Part shown: positions 47,165 to 57,494 of the stretch, one piece after another
Layout: every line of letters begins with the position of its first letter
Position numbering within the stretch: the first letter of the stretch is position 1
NCBI GenBank assembly: GCA_964547905.1
Contig: CAZJPN010000036.1
Span: forward strand, 4,111 to 68,110
DNA from: an uncultured Pseudomonadota bacterium
GTDB taxonomy: Bacteria; JAMCPX01
Direction of reading: 5' to 3'
Length of the DNA: 64,000 bases
Position numbers and translations under genes: made by a program
Notes under the pieces: generated by a model
Told to the model about the DNA's origin: nothing
Database searches by the model: none
The model's input: only the letters and a program-made list of their open reading frames with translations

Positions 47165-48130
47165 ATGACTCTAAAAAAAATCTCAAGATATGAAATAGAA
47201 AAAGAAATTGGTAGGGGGGCGATGGGTGTTGTTTATCTTGCCCACGATCCCATTATTAACAGGAAAGTTGCGCTTAAAACAATGGATATAGCCAATTCTC
47301 TCGATAATACCAAGAGAGAAGAATTAACAAAAAGAATGCTTAAGGAGGTAAGATCAGCGGGTAGATTGAATCACCAGAACATAGTTACAATATATGATTA
47401 TGGCGAAGACGTTCTCCCGTTTGTTGTAATGGAGTATGTCGAAGGTGAGTCATTGGAATCCTTGAGGAAGAAAAAAGGGAAATTCAGCATGAACGAACTA
47501 TATCCTATTATAAAAGGCGTCGCAAGCGGTATTGATTATGCCCATTCTATGGGTATTGTGCACAGGGATATAAAACCCGACAATATATTGCTCACGAAAG
47601 ATTATGTTCCCAAAATAACGGATTTTGGTATTGCGAGAATACTTGATACGTCTTCCACTCAGGACTCGGGCATAATAGGTTCGCCTTCTTATATGTCTCC
47701 GGAACAAATACTCGGTGGTCCCATTGATTCGACCACGGACATCTTTTCACTTGGAGTGATGATATACTATCTCATAGCAGGAGAAAAACCATTCTATGGC
47801 AATACTCCGCATGCAGTGACCTATAGAATATTAAACGAAGATCCGAATCCGCCCAGCTCCTACAATCCTGCATTAACGCTTCACGTAGACGGAGTTTTGT
47901 TAAGAACACTTTCCAAAAAACCTTATGAGCGGTATAAGAAAGCCAGTGATGTGGTTGAATCGCTCATAAGGGCCAATTCAAAACAAACAGAAAAGCCCGA
48001 AGACACGATAAAATATGCAACATCAACCAAAAGGAATATCCTTTCGGAAATTTCGCATGTTGATACCATTATTGAAGAAGCAACAACAAATCTTAGAAGA
48101 CATGTCTTTAATAAAAAACAAAAGAGGTGA
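47165..48130 (+). CDS. Hanks-type Ser/Thr protein kinase (soluble, 321 aa)
   Basis: GRGAMGVVYLA...ALK (subdomains I-II), HRDIKPDNIL, DFGIA, SPSYMSPE. Confidence 0.9.
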   Translation: MTLKKISRYEIEKEIGRGAMGVVYLAHDPIINRKVALKTMDIANSLDNTKREELTKRMLKEVRSAGRLNHQNIVTIYDYGEDVLPFVVMEYVEGESLESLRKKKGKFSMNELYPIIKGVASGIDYAHSMGIVHRDIKPDNILLTKDYVPKITDFGIARILDTSSTQDSGIIGSPSYMSPEQILGGPIDSTTDIFSLGVMIYYLIAGEKPFYGNTPHAVTYRILNEDPNPPSSYNPALTLHVDGVLLRTLSKKPYERYKKASDVVESLIRANSKQTEKPEDTIKYATSTKRNILSEISHVDTIIEEATTNLRRHVFNKKQKR

Positions 48131-48135
48131 TTCAT

Positions 48136-49005
48136 ATGCAAATAAAGTGTCCTTATTGCGGCAACAGTTTCGACATAGACAATTTTGACAAACACAACAT
48201 TACTTGTCCATCGTGCAAGCGTACAATATTATCTGAATCTTTATCCAATACCACCCTCATGGGTATCAACAATGCACCGCAGCAAATTCCAAATGGTTTG
48301 AGGGTTTCCTTAACAGTGCTCGAAGGTAAGGATGTCGGTAAAACCGTTCTGGTTGATAAACCCGACTTTACCATAGGCCGTGAAAATGCGGATATGGTGT
48401 TGAATGATACCCAGGCATCGAGAAAGCATGCCCTTATACAACTCCATGACCGGAGGATTGTTCTGAAGGACCTCGACAGCACCAATGGCACATTTATAGG
48501 TACAAGGCAGATAAAAGAGGAAGAGTTGAAACATCTGGATGAGATTTCCATAGGGAATACAAGGCTGCTCATAACAATATTTGAAACCCCGGATACAATG
48601 CCGGAAGGTTCAGGCGGAACCATCCTCCTGAAAGACGAGGTATCTGTAGAAGGAACAACGCGCATCCAGAGACCGGATGATGTTGAATTCAAACTGCCTT
48701 ACAAACAAAAGATATATCTTGATATCATAGAGGGAATACAAAAAGGTAGCGTCTATGAATTTGCAAGCGGAAGGGTAGTTATAGGAAGAACGGATGGAGA
48801 TCTTATTATGGACGACCCAAACATTTCTAAAAAACATGCAGTTATCGAAACATGGTCAAGAGATACATATTTTATAAGAGACCTTGCAAGCACAAACGGA
48901 ACGTATATCAATGGTCAGCGTATAACAACAACGAAGATAAAAAACGGTGACATCATAACTGTTGGTAATACCAAACTCAGGCTAAGAGTGGAGAATGTAC
49001 TGTAA
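48136..49005 (+). CDS. Zinc-ribbon protein with two FHA domains
   Basis: CPYCG...CPSCK. FHA1 is FTIGRENADMVLNDTQASRKHALIQ...LKDLDSTNGTFI. FHA2 is VVIGRTDGDLIMDDPNISKKHAVIE...IRDLASTNGTYING. The ATG at 48136 follows an AGAGG SD, and a GTG at 48127 is also possible. Confidence 0.88.
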   Translation: MQIKCPYCGNSFDIDNFDKHNITCPSCKRTILSESLSNTTLMGINNAPQQIPNGLRVSLTVLEGKDVGKTVLVDKPDFTIGRENADMVLNDTQASRKHALIQLHDRRIVLKDLDSTNGTFIGTRQIKEEELKHLDEISIGNTRLLITIFETPDTMPEGSGGTILLKDEVSVEGTTRIQRPDDVEFKLPYKQKIYLDIIEGIQKGSVYEFASGRVVIGRTDGDLIMDDPNISKKHAVIETWSRDTYFIRDLASTNGTYINGQRITTTKIKNGDIITVGNTKLRLRVENVL

Positions 49006-49180
49006 TTAAATCATGCTGTCCGTAGAATACATCTTAACGTAGTTGGGTTCGTGTAGTATACTTGACAATCTCAAAGAGATATTCAATAAGATTTATAATA
49101 CTGTATCCAAGAGCAGGATTGTTTTATTCTCATACTGAAGTGGTAAAAAATCATAAAAGCGGGAACAGGCTGAATATTAT

Positions 49181-49723
49181 ATGAATATAGGAGAGATTCC
49201 GAAAGAAGGAAAAAAATTAAATATAAAAAAAGACAACACATGGTTTATGAGCATGGTTGGTGATTCAGATATTGATGTGGAATCTCTTTATGGTGACCTG
49301 ATATCCAAAATCGATATACACATGCAGTACACGAAATCTGTTGTCATAAATGGCAGTGTGCAAGCCGATGTTGTCGTGAGGTGTGTAAAGTGTCTACAGT
49401 TATTTCATCAAGTTATAGACAATAACTTTTCTGTAGTGCTTGAGCCTTATGAGGCTTCAGCACCTACAAAGCATGCTATAGTAAAAACTGAGCTTGAGGC
49501 TGAATTCTATGTTAATGACGAATTCGATCCCGAAGCTGTTGTTTTTGAACAGATAATGCTTAGTTTACCAATGTATCCTTTATGTAAACCCGACTGTAAA
49601 GGGTTGTGCCCATACTGTGGTATTAATCTGAATGAAAATCCGGAACATAAATGTTATAAAAATATGAAAAACAATTCCTTAAGAAATCAATTAGAAAAGA
49701 TAAAAAATATAACGAAGGAGTAA
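49181..49723 (+). CDS. yceD: YceD/DUF177 family protein
   Basis: Sits in the conserved position before rpmF. C-terminal CKGLCPYCGINLNE. Confidence 0.85.
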   Translation: MNIGEIPKEGKKLNIKKDNTWFMSMVGDSDIDVESLYGDLISKIDIHMQYTKSVVINGSVQADVVVRCVKCLQLFHQVIDNNFSVVLEPYEASAPTKHAIVKTELEAEFYVNDEFDPEAVVFEQIMLSLPMYPLCKPDCKGLCPYCGINLNENPEHKCYKNMKNNSLRNQLEKIKNITKE

Positions 49724-49725
49724 AT

Positions 49726-49908
49726 ATGGCACAGCCTAAGAGAAAACATTCAAAATCAAGGACAGGGAAAAGAAGGTCAAGCCACAAGCTGAGCGCCCCC
49801 TCACTTGTTGCATGTCCAAGGTGTCACCAGCTTATGAAACCGCATCATATCTGCCCTACATGCGGTTATTATGCCGGTAAAGAGGTAGTAGAGGTAAAGG
49901 AAATATAA
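49726..49908 (+). CDS. rpmF: 50S ribosomal protein L32
   Basis: MAQPKRKHSKSRTGKRRS...CPRC...CPTCG. Confidence 0.95.
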   Translation: MAQPKRKHSKSRTGKRRSSHKLSAPSLVACPRCHQLMKPHHICPTCGYYAGKEVVEVKEI

Positions 49909-49914
49909 ACAAAT

Positions 49915-50928
49915 ATGAAAGTAGCGCTTGATGCTTTTGGCAGCGATCTCTGTCCAGGCGTAGAAATAAAAGCCGCGAATGAGGCAGTAAAACAAGGAAT
50001 AGATGTAATACTTGTTGGGGACAAAAAGAAACTGAGCGGTATAAATAGCGGTGTTGAAATCGTTCAGGCAGACGATGTTATTTCAATGGACGAGTCTCCT
50101 GCAAACGCTTTAAGGAAGAAAAAAAATGCATCCATGAGGGTGGCAATAGACCTTGTAGGCAGCGGGAAAGCGGATGCTGTCATAAGTGCCGGCAATTCAG
50201 GAGCAATGATGGCACTTTCAATGTTTGTACTTCACAAGCTACCCGGTGTTTATAGACCTGCTATAGTGGGTGTGCTTCCAAGTTACCGCGGCTATACAAT
50301 TTTTATAGATATGGGTGCAAACGTTGACTGCAAGCCTCATTACCTTCGCCAGTTTGCAATCATGGGAAGTGTTTATGCAAAAAAACTTTTTAACCTTTCG
50401 AACCCATCGGTAGGGCTTCTCAGTAACGGCGAGGAAGAGGGAAAAGGCAACGAACTTACGTTTCTTACAAACGAGCTCCTGAAAAAAAGTTCTGTAAACT
50501 ATAAGGGGTTTGTCGAAGGTAAGGACATATATATGGGCGATATCGATGTAATCGTTGCCGACGGCTTTGTAGGCAACACAGTGCTGAAGGCAAGCGAAGG
50601 CATTGCGGAAATGGTAACAAAGATACTGAAGGACAGTTTTAAAGCATCGCCGATAAGTATGCTTGGATACCTGTTTTCAAGGGGTGCTTTTAATAGATTG
50701 AAGAAACGTATTGATTATGCGGAGTATGGGGGGGCGCCTCTTATAGGGGTAAATGGACTCGCTGTAATAACGCATGGACGTTCGAACGAAAAAGCGATAC
50801 TGAATGCAATAAAGTTATCGAAAAGGTTCTATGATACAAAGTTGAACGATGCAATAATAAAAGAATTGAATAATAATATCACGATTGAAGACAATTTGAA
50901 TGAAAAGGTTTACGAAGAGACAAAATAG
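49915..50928 (+). CDS. plsX: Phosphate acyltransferase
   Basis: MKVALDAFGSD...SAGNSGAMMA...DGFVGN. Confidence 0.93.
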   Translation: MKVALDAFGSDLCPGVEIKAANEAVKQGIDVILVGDKKKLSGINSGVEIVQADDVISMDESPANALRKKKNASMRVAIDLVGSGKADAVISAGNSGAMMALSMFVLHKLPGVYRPAIVGVLPSYRGYTIFIDMGANVDCKPHYLRQFAIMGSVYAKKLFNLSNPSVGLLSNGEEEGKGNELTFLTNELLKKSSVNYKGFVEGKDIYMGDIDVIVADGFVGNTVLKASEGIAEMVTKILKDSFKASPISMLGYLFSRGAFNRLKKRIDYAEYGGAPLIGVNGLAVITHGRSNEKAILNAIKLSKRFYDTKLNDAIIKELNNNITIEDNLNEKVYEETK

Positions 50929-50934
50929 ATTGTT

Positions 50935-51870
50935 ATGAAGATAGCATTTATATTTCCAGGGCAGGGTTCTCAGTTCGTCGGTATGGGTAAAGAACTCTAT
51001 GATAAGTATGAAATCGTAAGGGAGTACTACGACAGGGCGGACAAAAAGCTCGGGATAGAATTAAAAAGGCTGATGTTTGAAGGGCCAAAAGAGGAATTAA
51101 CGCTTACCTATAACGCACAACCCGCAATACTGACCATGAGTGTTGCCGTTTGTAAACTCATCCAATCGAAGATCGGCATAGAACCTATTATGTGTATGGG
51201 GCACAGTGTAGGGGAATACAGCGCTCTTACCGCTGCATCTGCAATAGAGTTCGAAGATGCCGTATATGCAGTTAGGAGAAGAGGTGAAGCCATGCAAGCG
51301 GCGGTCAAACCGGGACAGGGAACAATGGCCGCTGTTATAGGAATCGATGAATCTAAAATAAAAGAAATTTTAACGCATGTTCAGGCCGATACAGGCGCAA
51401 TAGCTGAGGTAGCAAATTATAACAGTAATGACCAGATAGTGATATCCGGGCATACCATTGCAGTGGATTATGCAATAGATCTGCTCCGTTCGCAGGGGGC
51501 AAGGTTTGTAAAAAAACTGGACGTAAGCGCTCCTTTTCATTCAAGTCTAATGGAGCCTGCTGTTTCTGAAATGAAGCAAGTATTGAATGGTATAAAATTC
51601 GGCAGTATGGTTTATCCTGTAATATTCAATGTCGATGCAACGGTGCATCCATCGGACGACGTTATAAATATGCTTTTGAAACAACTCGTAAGCCCTGTTA
51701 AATGGGTTGATACGATGGTATACGCTATTCAGCATGGGGTGGATACATTTATAGAGATAGGACCTGGTAAGGTTTTAACCGGACTCGCTAAAAGAATAAA
51801 CAACTCTCTAAGATTGTTTAATGTAAATGATCCTGCTACGCTTGAACAATTAAATGTACTTATACAGTAA
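50935..51870 (+). CDS. fabD: Malonyl-CoA:ACP transacylase
   Basis: FIFPGQGSQFVGMG and GHSVGEYSAL. Confidence 0.93.
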   Translation: MKIAFIFPGQGSQFVGMGKELYDKYEIVREYYDRADKKLGIELKRLMFEGPKEELTLTYNAQPAILTMSVAVCKLIQSKIGIEPIMCMGHSVGEYSALTAASAIEFEDAVYAVRRRGEAMQAAVKPGQGTMAAVIGIDESKIKEILTHVQADTGAIAEVANYNSNDQIVISGHTIAVDYAIDLLRSQGARFVKKLDVSAPFHSSLMEPAVSEMKQVLNGIKFGSMVYPVIFNVDATVHPSDDVINMLLKQLVSPVKWVDTMVYAIQHGVDTFIEIGPGKVLTGLAKRINNSLRLFNVNDPATLEQLNVLIQ

Positions 51871-51872
51871 TT

Positions 51873-52619
51873 ATGGGTTATAATTTTTCAGATAAAATCG
51901 CCTTCGTGACAGGTGGGACAAGAGGCATAGGCAAGTCTATAACGGAAAGACTGCTCGCATACAATGCCACCGTTATTATTGCCTACAGCGCTTCTCAGAA
52001 GGATGCAGACGCAATGTGCAGAATGGCCGGGGCAGAAGGCAAGAAACTGCATGCATTGAAGTGTAATGTTGCAGACTCATCCGAGGTTAAGGCCACCTTT
52101 GATTACATAGAGAAGAATTTTGCCCGTCTTGATTTCCTCGTTAACAATGCGGGTATTACAAATGATGGTCTTGTGTTGCGCATGAGTGATGAGCAGTGGC
52201 TGAATGTTATCACTACCGACCTCAACGGAGTGTTCTACTGCACAAGAGCGGCATTGAAGTTTATGTTGAAGCAGAAATATGGAAGGATTGTTAATATTTC
52301 ATCCGTTGTAGGCATGATAGGCAATGCAGGACAGGCGAATTATGCCGCTGCAAAGGCAGGCGTAATAGGGTTTTCGAAATCTGTTGCAAAAGAGATGGGC
52401 AGAAGAAATATACTCATTAATACTGTGGCTCCGGGTTATATTGAAACGGACATGGTTTCTGGTATACCCGAGGCTATGAAGTCGCGCATGCTCGAAACTA
52501 TACCGCTGGGGCGGTATGGCAATACGTATGATGTGGCAAATGTTGTATGCTTTTTACTCTCGGATGATGCCGGGTATATAAATGGATCGGTTGTGGATGT
52601 TAACGGAGGCATGTATTAG
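51873..52619 (+). CDS. fabG: 3-oxoacyl-ACP reductase
   Basis: VTGGTRGIGKS, NNAGI, YAAAKAG. Confidence 0.93.
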   Translation: MGYNFSDKIAFVTGGTRGIGKSITERLLAYNATVIIAYSASQKDADAMCRMAGAEGKKLHALKCNVADSSEVKATFDYIEKNFARLDFLVNNAGITNDGLVLRMSDEQWLNVITTDLNGVFYCTRAALKFMLKQKYGRIVNISSVVGMIGNAGQANYAAAKAGVIGFSKSVAKEMGRRNILINTVAPGYIETDMVSGIPEAMKSRMLETIPLGRYGNTYDVANVVCFLLSDDAGYINGSVVDVNGGMY

Positions 52620-52631
52620 GAACGGAATAAA

Positions 52632-52763
52632 CCCCGTTAGAAAGGACGTGGCTTTAAACAGCGCCCTTTCTATAAGGAATTTAAAAATTATCATAGTACC
52701 CCCGCCGTTCTACCAAAGGCGGATCAGTCCTATGGCTAAAAATGACGGTGCTTTCTAACGGGG
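52632..52763. repeat. Best-preserved copy of the dispersed inverted-repeat element (132 bp)
   Basis: The termini CCCCGTTAGAAAG (52632-52644) and CTTTCTAACGGGG (52751-52763) are perfect 13-bp inverted repeats. It lies in the fabG-acpP spacer. Confidence 0.75.
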
Positions 52764-52829
52764 TAAAAAGTTACAGACTGGGGAAAAATTTGATATCATA
52801 TATGTTAATTTAAAAAAGGAGGATACATT

Positions 52830-53069
52830 ATGTCGCTTGAAAAAAAAGTAAGGGAGCTTATAGCGGATCGCCTAAAATTGGATATTGAGCAGGTTCAGCC
52901 GAGTTCGAAGTTTATAGAGGATCTTGGAGCGGATTCGCTCGATATTGTGGAGATGATCATGCAGATGGAAGAAGACTTCGGTATAACAATACCGGATGAG
53001 GACGCGGAGAAGATAAAGACCGTGGGTGATGCTATATCATATCTAAAATCTCAGGGTGTGAATGACTAA
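52830..53069 (+). CDS. acpP: Acyl carrier protein
   Basis: [11 protein letters not shown]. 79 aa. Confidence 0.95.
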   Translation: MSLEKKVRELIADRLKLDIEQVQPSSKFIEDLGADSLDIVEMIMQMEEDFGITIPDEDAEKIKTVGDAISYLKSQGVND

Positions 53070-54306
53070 GAAAAGGGTTGTAATTACAGGGCTTGGAACT
53101 GTCAATCCACTTGCAAACGAGGTAGAGAAAACATGGGCTGCTTTATTGAATGGCGGATCGGGTATTGATCGTATAACCCGTTTTGCACCCGACCAGTACG
53201 AGGTACAGATAGCAGGTGAGGTTAAGGGTTTCAACCCCGAAGACTTTATAGAAAAAAGGGACATAAAAAAGATGTCACTGTTCATACATTATGCAGTGGC
53301 ATCAGCTATAATGGGTTACAAAGACAGCGGCTTGTCCGATCAGCACGTTAATAAGGAAATGATGGGCGTTATAATAGGCAGCGGCATGGGAGGACTCGAG
53401 AGTATAGAATACTACCACGGAGCGCTGTTAAAAGGAGGCGGCAGGAAAATATCGCCATTCTTTATACCTATGACTATAGGGAACATGGCATCGGGTTATG
53501 TCGCTATAAAGTTCGGTGCAATGGGTCCTAATCTATGTATAACAACGGCGTGTGCATCGGGTGCCCATTCAATAGGAGAGGCGTACAGATATATACAGAA
53601 CGGATTGGCAGAGGTTGTTTTTGCTGGTGGAGGTGAATCAACCATAACTCCGCTCGCACTGGCAGGGTTTGCCAATATGAAGGCACTGTCTTCGCAGAAT
53701 GATAATCCCAGGCGTGCATCGAGACCTTTTGATCTGAACAGGGATGGATTTGTTATGGGAGAAGGTGCCGGCATACTTATACTTGAGTCTTATGAACATG
53801 CAAAAGCAAGAGGTGCAAGGATTTATGCGGAGATTATAGGTTATGGTGCCAACGGGGATGCTTATCATATAACAGCGCCATCGCCTGAAGGTAAAGGTGC
53901 CGTACAGTGTATGAATAAGGCTATAAAGGATGCGGGTATCAGCCTTCAAGAAGTAGACTATATAAATGCACACGGAACTTCGACGAAGTATAATGATCAG
54001 GTAGAAACACTTGCCATAAAAACTGTTTTTGCAGAACATGCTTACAAACTATTTGTTAGTTCCACAAAAGGGGCAACAGGCCATCTTCTTGGTGCAGCTG
54101 GTGCTGTGGAAGCCATTTTTACCGTGCTTGCACTGTACAATGGCGTAATACCGCCGACCATCAATTATGAAACACCGGATCCGGAATGCGATCTCAACTA
54201 TGTACCCAATCTTCCGATTAAGAAGGACATAAAAGTTGGGATGTCGAATTCATTCGGATTTGGGGGAACCAATGCAGTGCTTCTATTTAAGAAGGTGGAA
54301 GATTGA
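53062..54306 (+). CDS. fabF: 3-oxoacyl-ACP synthase II
   Basis: [15 protein letters not shown] (active Cys), NAHGTST, and NSFGFGGTN at the C-terminus. Confidence 0.95.
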   Translation: MTKKRVVITGLGTVNPLANEVEKTWAALLNGGSGIDRITRFAPDQYEVQIAGEVKGFNPEDFIEKRDIKKMSLFIHYAVASAIMGYKDSGLSDQHVNKEMMGVIIGSGMGGLESIEYYHGALLKGGGRKISPFFIPMTIGNMASGYVAIKFGAMGPNLCITTACASGAHSIGEAYRYIQNGLAEVVFAGGGESTITPLALAGFANMKALSSQNDNPRRASRPFDLNRDGFVMGEGAGILILESYEHAKARGARIYAEIIGYGANGDAYHITAPSPEGKGAVQCMNKAIKDAGISLQEVDYINAHGTSTKYNDQVETLAIKTVFAEHAYKLFVSSTKGATGHLLGAAGAVEAIFTVLALYNGVIPPTINYETPDPECDLNYVPNLPIKKDIKVGMSNSFGFGGTNAVLLFKKVED

Positions 54307-56003
54307 AGATCGCTATTGCTTCCGATCACGCCGGGCTTGATTTAAAAAAAGAGATTCTAAAGTTTTTAGAGAACAAAAAGATTGAAGTAATCGATCTTGG
54401 AACTTATTCAGAGACATCTGTGGATTATCCTGATTACGCTGAAAAGGTCGCCGATGCCATAATAAGCAACCGGGCAGAAAAAGGGATACTTGTGTGTGGC
54501 ACAGGCATCGGTATGTCCATATCTGCAAATAAAAAGAAGGGCATTATTGCAGCCCTTGTTTACAGTGATTATACCGCGGAGATGGCGGCCAGACATAATA
54601 AGGCTAATGTCATTGCACTCGGTGGCAGGACAATGGAGAAAGATGACGCATTGAGATATATAGATATATGGATGAATGCAGCATTTGAAGGCGGGAGGCA
54701 TGAGCAAAGAATAAAGAAGATCTTTGATATGGAAAACATCGGAAAGGAGAAGAATTTCATGAATAATTTGAAACAAACGGATATAGAGGTTTATAATGCA
54801 ATCGTTGCCGAAGTAAAGAGGCAGCAGAACACGCTTGAACTCATCGCTTCCGAGAATATCGTCAGTAGGGCTGTACTCGAAGCAATGGGCAGTGTGATGA
54901 CAAACAAGTATGCTGAAGGATATCCGGGCAAGAGGTACTATGGCGGCTGTGAGAATATGGATACCGTAGAGCAGCTTGCAATGGACAGGGCAAAGGCTTT
55001 GTTTGGTGCTGACTACGTAAATGTCCAGCCGCATTCTGGGGCTCAGGCAAACATGGCTGTTTACTTTGCCTTCTTGAATTACGGGGACACAATAATGGGT
55101 ATGAACCTTTCACATGGGGGACATCTTACTCATGGCAGCCCTGTAAATTTTTCCGGCAAATTTTACAAAGTAATACCCTATGGTGTGCGTAAGGATACAA
55201 AAACCATTGATTACGAGGAACTCGAGAGACTTGCAATGGAACACAAACCAAAGTTGATCATTGCAGGTGCATCAGCCTATCCAAGAACCATTGACTTTAA
55301 ACGTTTTTCTGAGATTGCAAAGGCTTGTGGAGCATATTTGATGGTTGATATGGCGCATATTGCAGGTCTTATTGCAGCGGGTCTGCATTCAAGCCCTGTT
55401 CCATGGTCTGATTTTGTTACAACAACGACACACAAAACACTGCGGGGTCCGAGAGGCGGCGTGGTTATGAGTAAATCCCAGTACGAGAAGCAGCTCAAAT
55501 CACAGGTATTCCCGGGTATGCAGGGAGGGCCTCTTATGCATGTCATATCAGCCAAGGCAGTTGCTTTCAAAGAAGCACTGTCGGATGACTTCAAACTGTA
55601 CCAAAAGCAGATTATCCTCAATGCAGCCAGACTTTCCGATGAAATGAAACAGAGAGGGTTTGATATTGTATCCGGCGGTACGGACACGCATTTGTTTCTT
55701 GTGGATGTTTCCTCAAAGGGCCTAACAGGCAAGGACGCGGAAAAAACACTTGAGAAAGCCGGTATTACGGTTAACAAAAATGCAATTCCGTTCGATGAAA
55801 AGCCTCCCGCAGTGACAAGCGGTTTAAGGATAGGGACACCCGCGGTTACCACCCGGGGCATGGGTGAGAAAGAAATGGTACTCATAGCCCAGTACATCGA
55901 TGATGCACTGAAAAGCATGAACAACGAAACAACGCTCGTGGAGATAAAACAGAAGGTAATCAAACTGTGCAGTAATTTCCCGATATACAGCAATATGATT
56001 TAA
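54303..56003 (+). CDS. In-frame fusion of ribose-5-phosphate isomerase B and serine hydroxymethyltransferase
   Basis: Residues 1-145 are RpiB ([14 protein letters not shown]...CGTGIGMSI...[10 protein letters not shown]). Residues from about 153 are GlyA ([11 protein letters not shown]..., [13 protein letters not shown]). The frame is continuous with no stop. Confidence 0.9.
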   Translation: MKIAIASDHAGLDLKKEILKFLENKKIEVIDLGTYSETSVDYPDYAEKVADAIISNRAEKGILVCGTGIGMSISANKKKGIIAALVYSDYTAEMAARHNKANVIALGGRTMEKDDALRYIDIWMNAAFEGGRHEQRIKKIFDMENIGKEKNFMNNLKQTDIEVYNAIVAEVKRQQNTLELIASENIVSRAVLEAMGSVMTNKYAEGYPGKRYYGGCENMDTVEQLAMDRAKALFGADYVNVQPHSGAQANMAVYFAFLNYGDTIMGMNLSHGGHLTHGSPVNFSGKFYKVIPYGVRKDTKTIDYEELERLAMEHKPKLIIAGASAYPRTIDFKRFSEIAKACGAYLMVDMAHIAGLIAAGLHSSPVPWSDFVTTTTHKTLRGPRGGVVMSKSQYEKQLKSQVFPGMQGGPLMHVISAKAVAFKEALSDDFKLYQKQIILNAARLSDEMKQRGFDIVSGGTDTHLFLVDVSSKGLTGKDAEKTLEKAGITVNKNAIPFDEKPPAVTSGLRIGTPAVTTRGMGEKEMVLIAQYIDDALKSMNNETTLVEIKQKVIKLCSNFPIYSNMI

Positions 56004-56006
56004 AAA

Positions 56007-56504
56007 ATGAAATGCCCTAAATGCGGATACATTGATACATCCGTTATAGATTCAAGAATGTCGAAAGACGGCCTTGCCATAAGAAGACGCAGGGAGTGTC
56101 CAAAATGCAATTCTCGTTTTACAACGTACGAACGCGTGGAAAACATGGTCCCCATGGTCATAAAAAAGGACAACAGAAGGGAATTATTCGACAGACAAAA
56201 GATCAAACAGGGGCTTTTGAAGGCATGTGAAAAAAGACCGATAAGCATGGACACCATAGAAAAGGTTGTGGATCGTATAGCAAAAAAATACGAGGATGCC
56301 GCAGAAAAGGAAATAGCGGCAAGCGACATCGGCGCAGAGATCATGGCCGAACTTAAGGAGCTTGATAAGGTCGCCTATGTAAGGTTTGCCTCTGTGTACC
56401 GCGATTTTAAGGATATCAGCGAGTTTATGGACGAGTTGAAAGGACTGCTGAAAACCAAGCTGACACCAAAAGAAAGCAACAAAACTAAAAAATCACGCAA
56501 ATAA
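56007..56504 (+). CDS. nrdR: Transcriptional repressor NrdR
   Basis: [17 protein letters not shown]...[12 protein letters not shown] zinc ribbon plus an ATP-cone. Confidence 0.93.
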   Translation: MKCPKCGYIDTSVIDSRMSKDGLAIRRRRECPKCNSRFTTYERVENMVPMVIKKDNRRELFDRQKIKQGLLKACEKRPISMDTIEKVVDRIAKKYEDAAEKEIAASDIGAEIMAELKELDKVAYVRFASVYRDFKDISEFMDELKGLLKTKLTPKESNKTKKSRK

Positions 56505-56528
56505 TCCTCTTCTGATTATGGACAAAAT

Positions 56529-56744
56529 ATGAATATTAAAAGTAAAGTAATTAACGGAAAACGGTTTATCTATGGCAGAGGAACACCCGCTGAAGTTGAG
56601 CGTCTCAATGTGGAGAAAAATTTTGATGATGTTCTGGACCGTCTGTATGCGATAAAACGCTCTGTATACTACTTGTTCAATGTGAAGGATGCCATGAAAG
56701 TAAAAAGGAAAATGCATGGGAAAAGAAAAGCAGTACGAGAATGA
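56529..56744 (+). CDS. Hypothetical small basic protein (71 aa)
   Basis: Supported only as an ORF. It overlaps the next gene by 29 nt, has a weak SD, and has no recognisable motif. Confidence 0.3.
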   Translation: MNIKSKVINGKRFIYGRGTPAEVERLNVEKNFDDVLDRLYAIKRSVYYLFNVKDAMKVKRKMHGKRKAVRE

Positions 56745-57177
56745 CTACAAGGAATTTATAGAATTATTAAATAAACACGGCGTAGAATATATGATCATAG
56801 GTGCCTATGCTGTTATGTACCATACAAACATTGCAAGGGAGACAAAAGATATTGATTTCTGGATCAAGAGAACTAAAGAAAATGCTAAGAAATGCATTCA
56901 GGTTATAAAAGAATTTGCAGGGTTAGACGTTGATAGTGATGATTTGCTGAAAAAGAATGAAATATTCTTTATAGGGGCTGAGCCTTACAGAATAGACATT
57001 TTCAATGAGCAGGGGGATTTTTCCTTCTCTAAGGCATACGCAAAAAAGAAAGAAGGAAAATTTAGGAATGTGAGAACCTTCTTCATTTCTAAGAAGGATT
57101 TGTTAGCCTTAAAAGAATATTTTTATAGAAAAGACGATATCAAAGACATAAAGAGACTGCGCCAAGTGGAAAAATAA
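56716..57177 (+). CDS. Putative minimal nucleotidyltransferase-fold protein
   Basis: FIELLNKHGVEYMIIGAYAVMYHTNIARETKDIDFWI resembles a widespread family of small NTase-fold proteins (pattern G.YA...H...R.T.DIDiwi). This is recognition from memory. Confidence 0.5.
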   Translation: MGKEKQYENDYKEFIELLNKHGVEYMIIGAYAVMYHTNIARETKDIDFWIKRTKENAKKCIQVIKEFAGLDVDSDDLLKKNEIFFIGAEPYRIDIFNEQGDFSFSKAYAKKKEGKFRNVRTFFISKKDLLALKEYFYRKDDIKDIKRLRQVEK

Positions 57178-57230
57178 GAAATAATAGACGATTCTCCACG
57201 CTCTTGTGTATCAACCGACTCTATAAAACA

Positions 57231-57269
57231 TCCTTGCTTATTGAAACAATATGTTTCAATAAGCAAGGA
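57231..57269. repeat. Perfect 17-bp-stem hairpin / palindrome
   Basis: tccttgcttattgaaac-aatat-gtttcaataagcaagga. Confidence 0.85.
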
Positions 57270-57285
57270 TAATAAAGAGGATTTA

Positions 57286-57432
57286 TCATGTAAACAGGGG
57301 TTTATCGTATATCCTGGAAAAGAATCGTATCCTGTTACACGCAATGTCAGCTATTTGCCTGTATCCATGATAAATAAAATCTTATCAACCGCTTATAAAG
57401 ACAAGAACGACAAATGGGAAATATCAAATTAA
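57286..57432 (+). pseudogene. Possible C-terminal remnant of a DUF4143/AAA-ATPase (COG1373-like) gene
   Basis: QGFIVYPGKESYPVTRNVSYLPVSMINKIL resembles the characteristic C-terminal end of that family. There is no upstream ATPase part. Confidence 0.25.
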
Positions 57433-57494
57433 ACTCCACAGAACTCCTGCACAACCTTGACATTATAACACTGTTTGGCTATATTAAAAATGAA

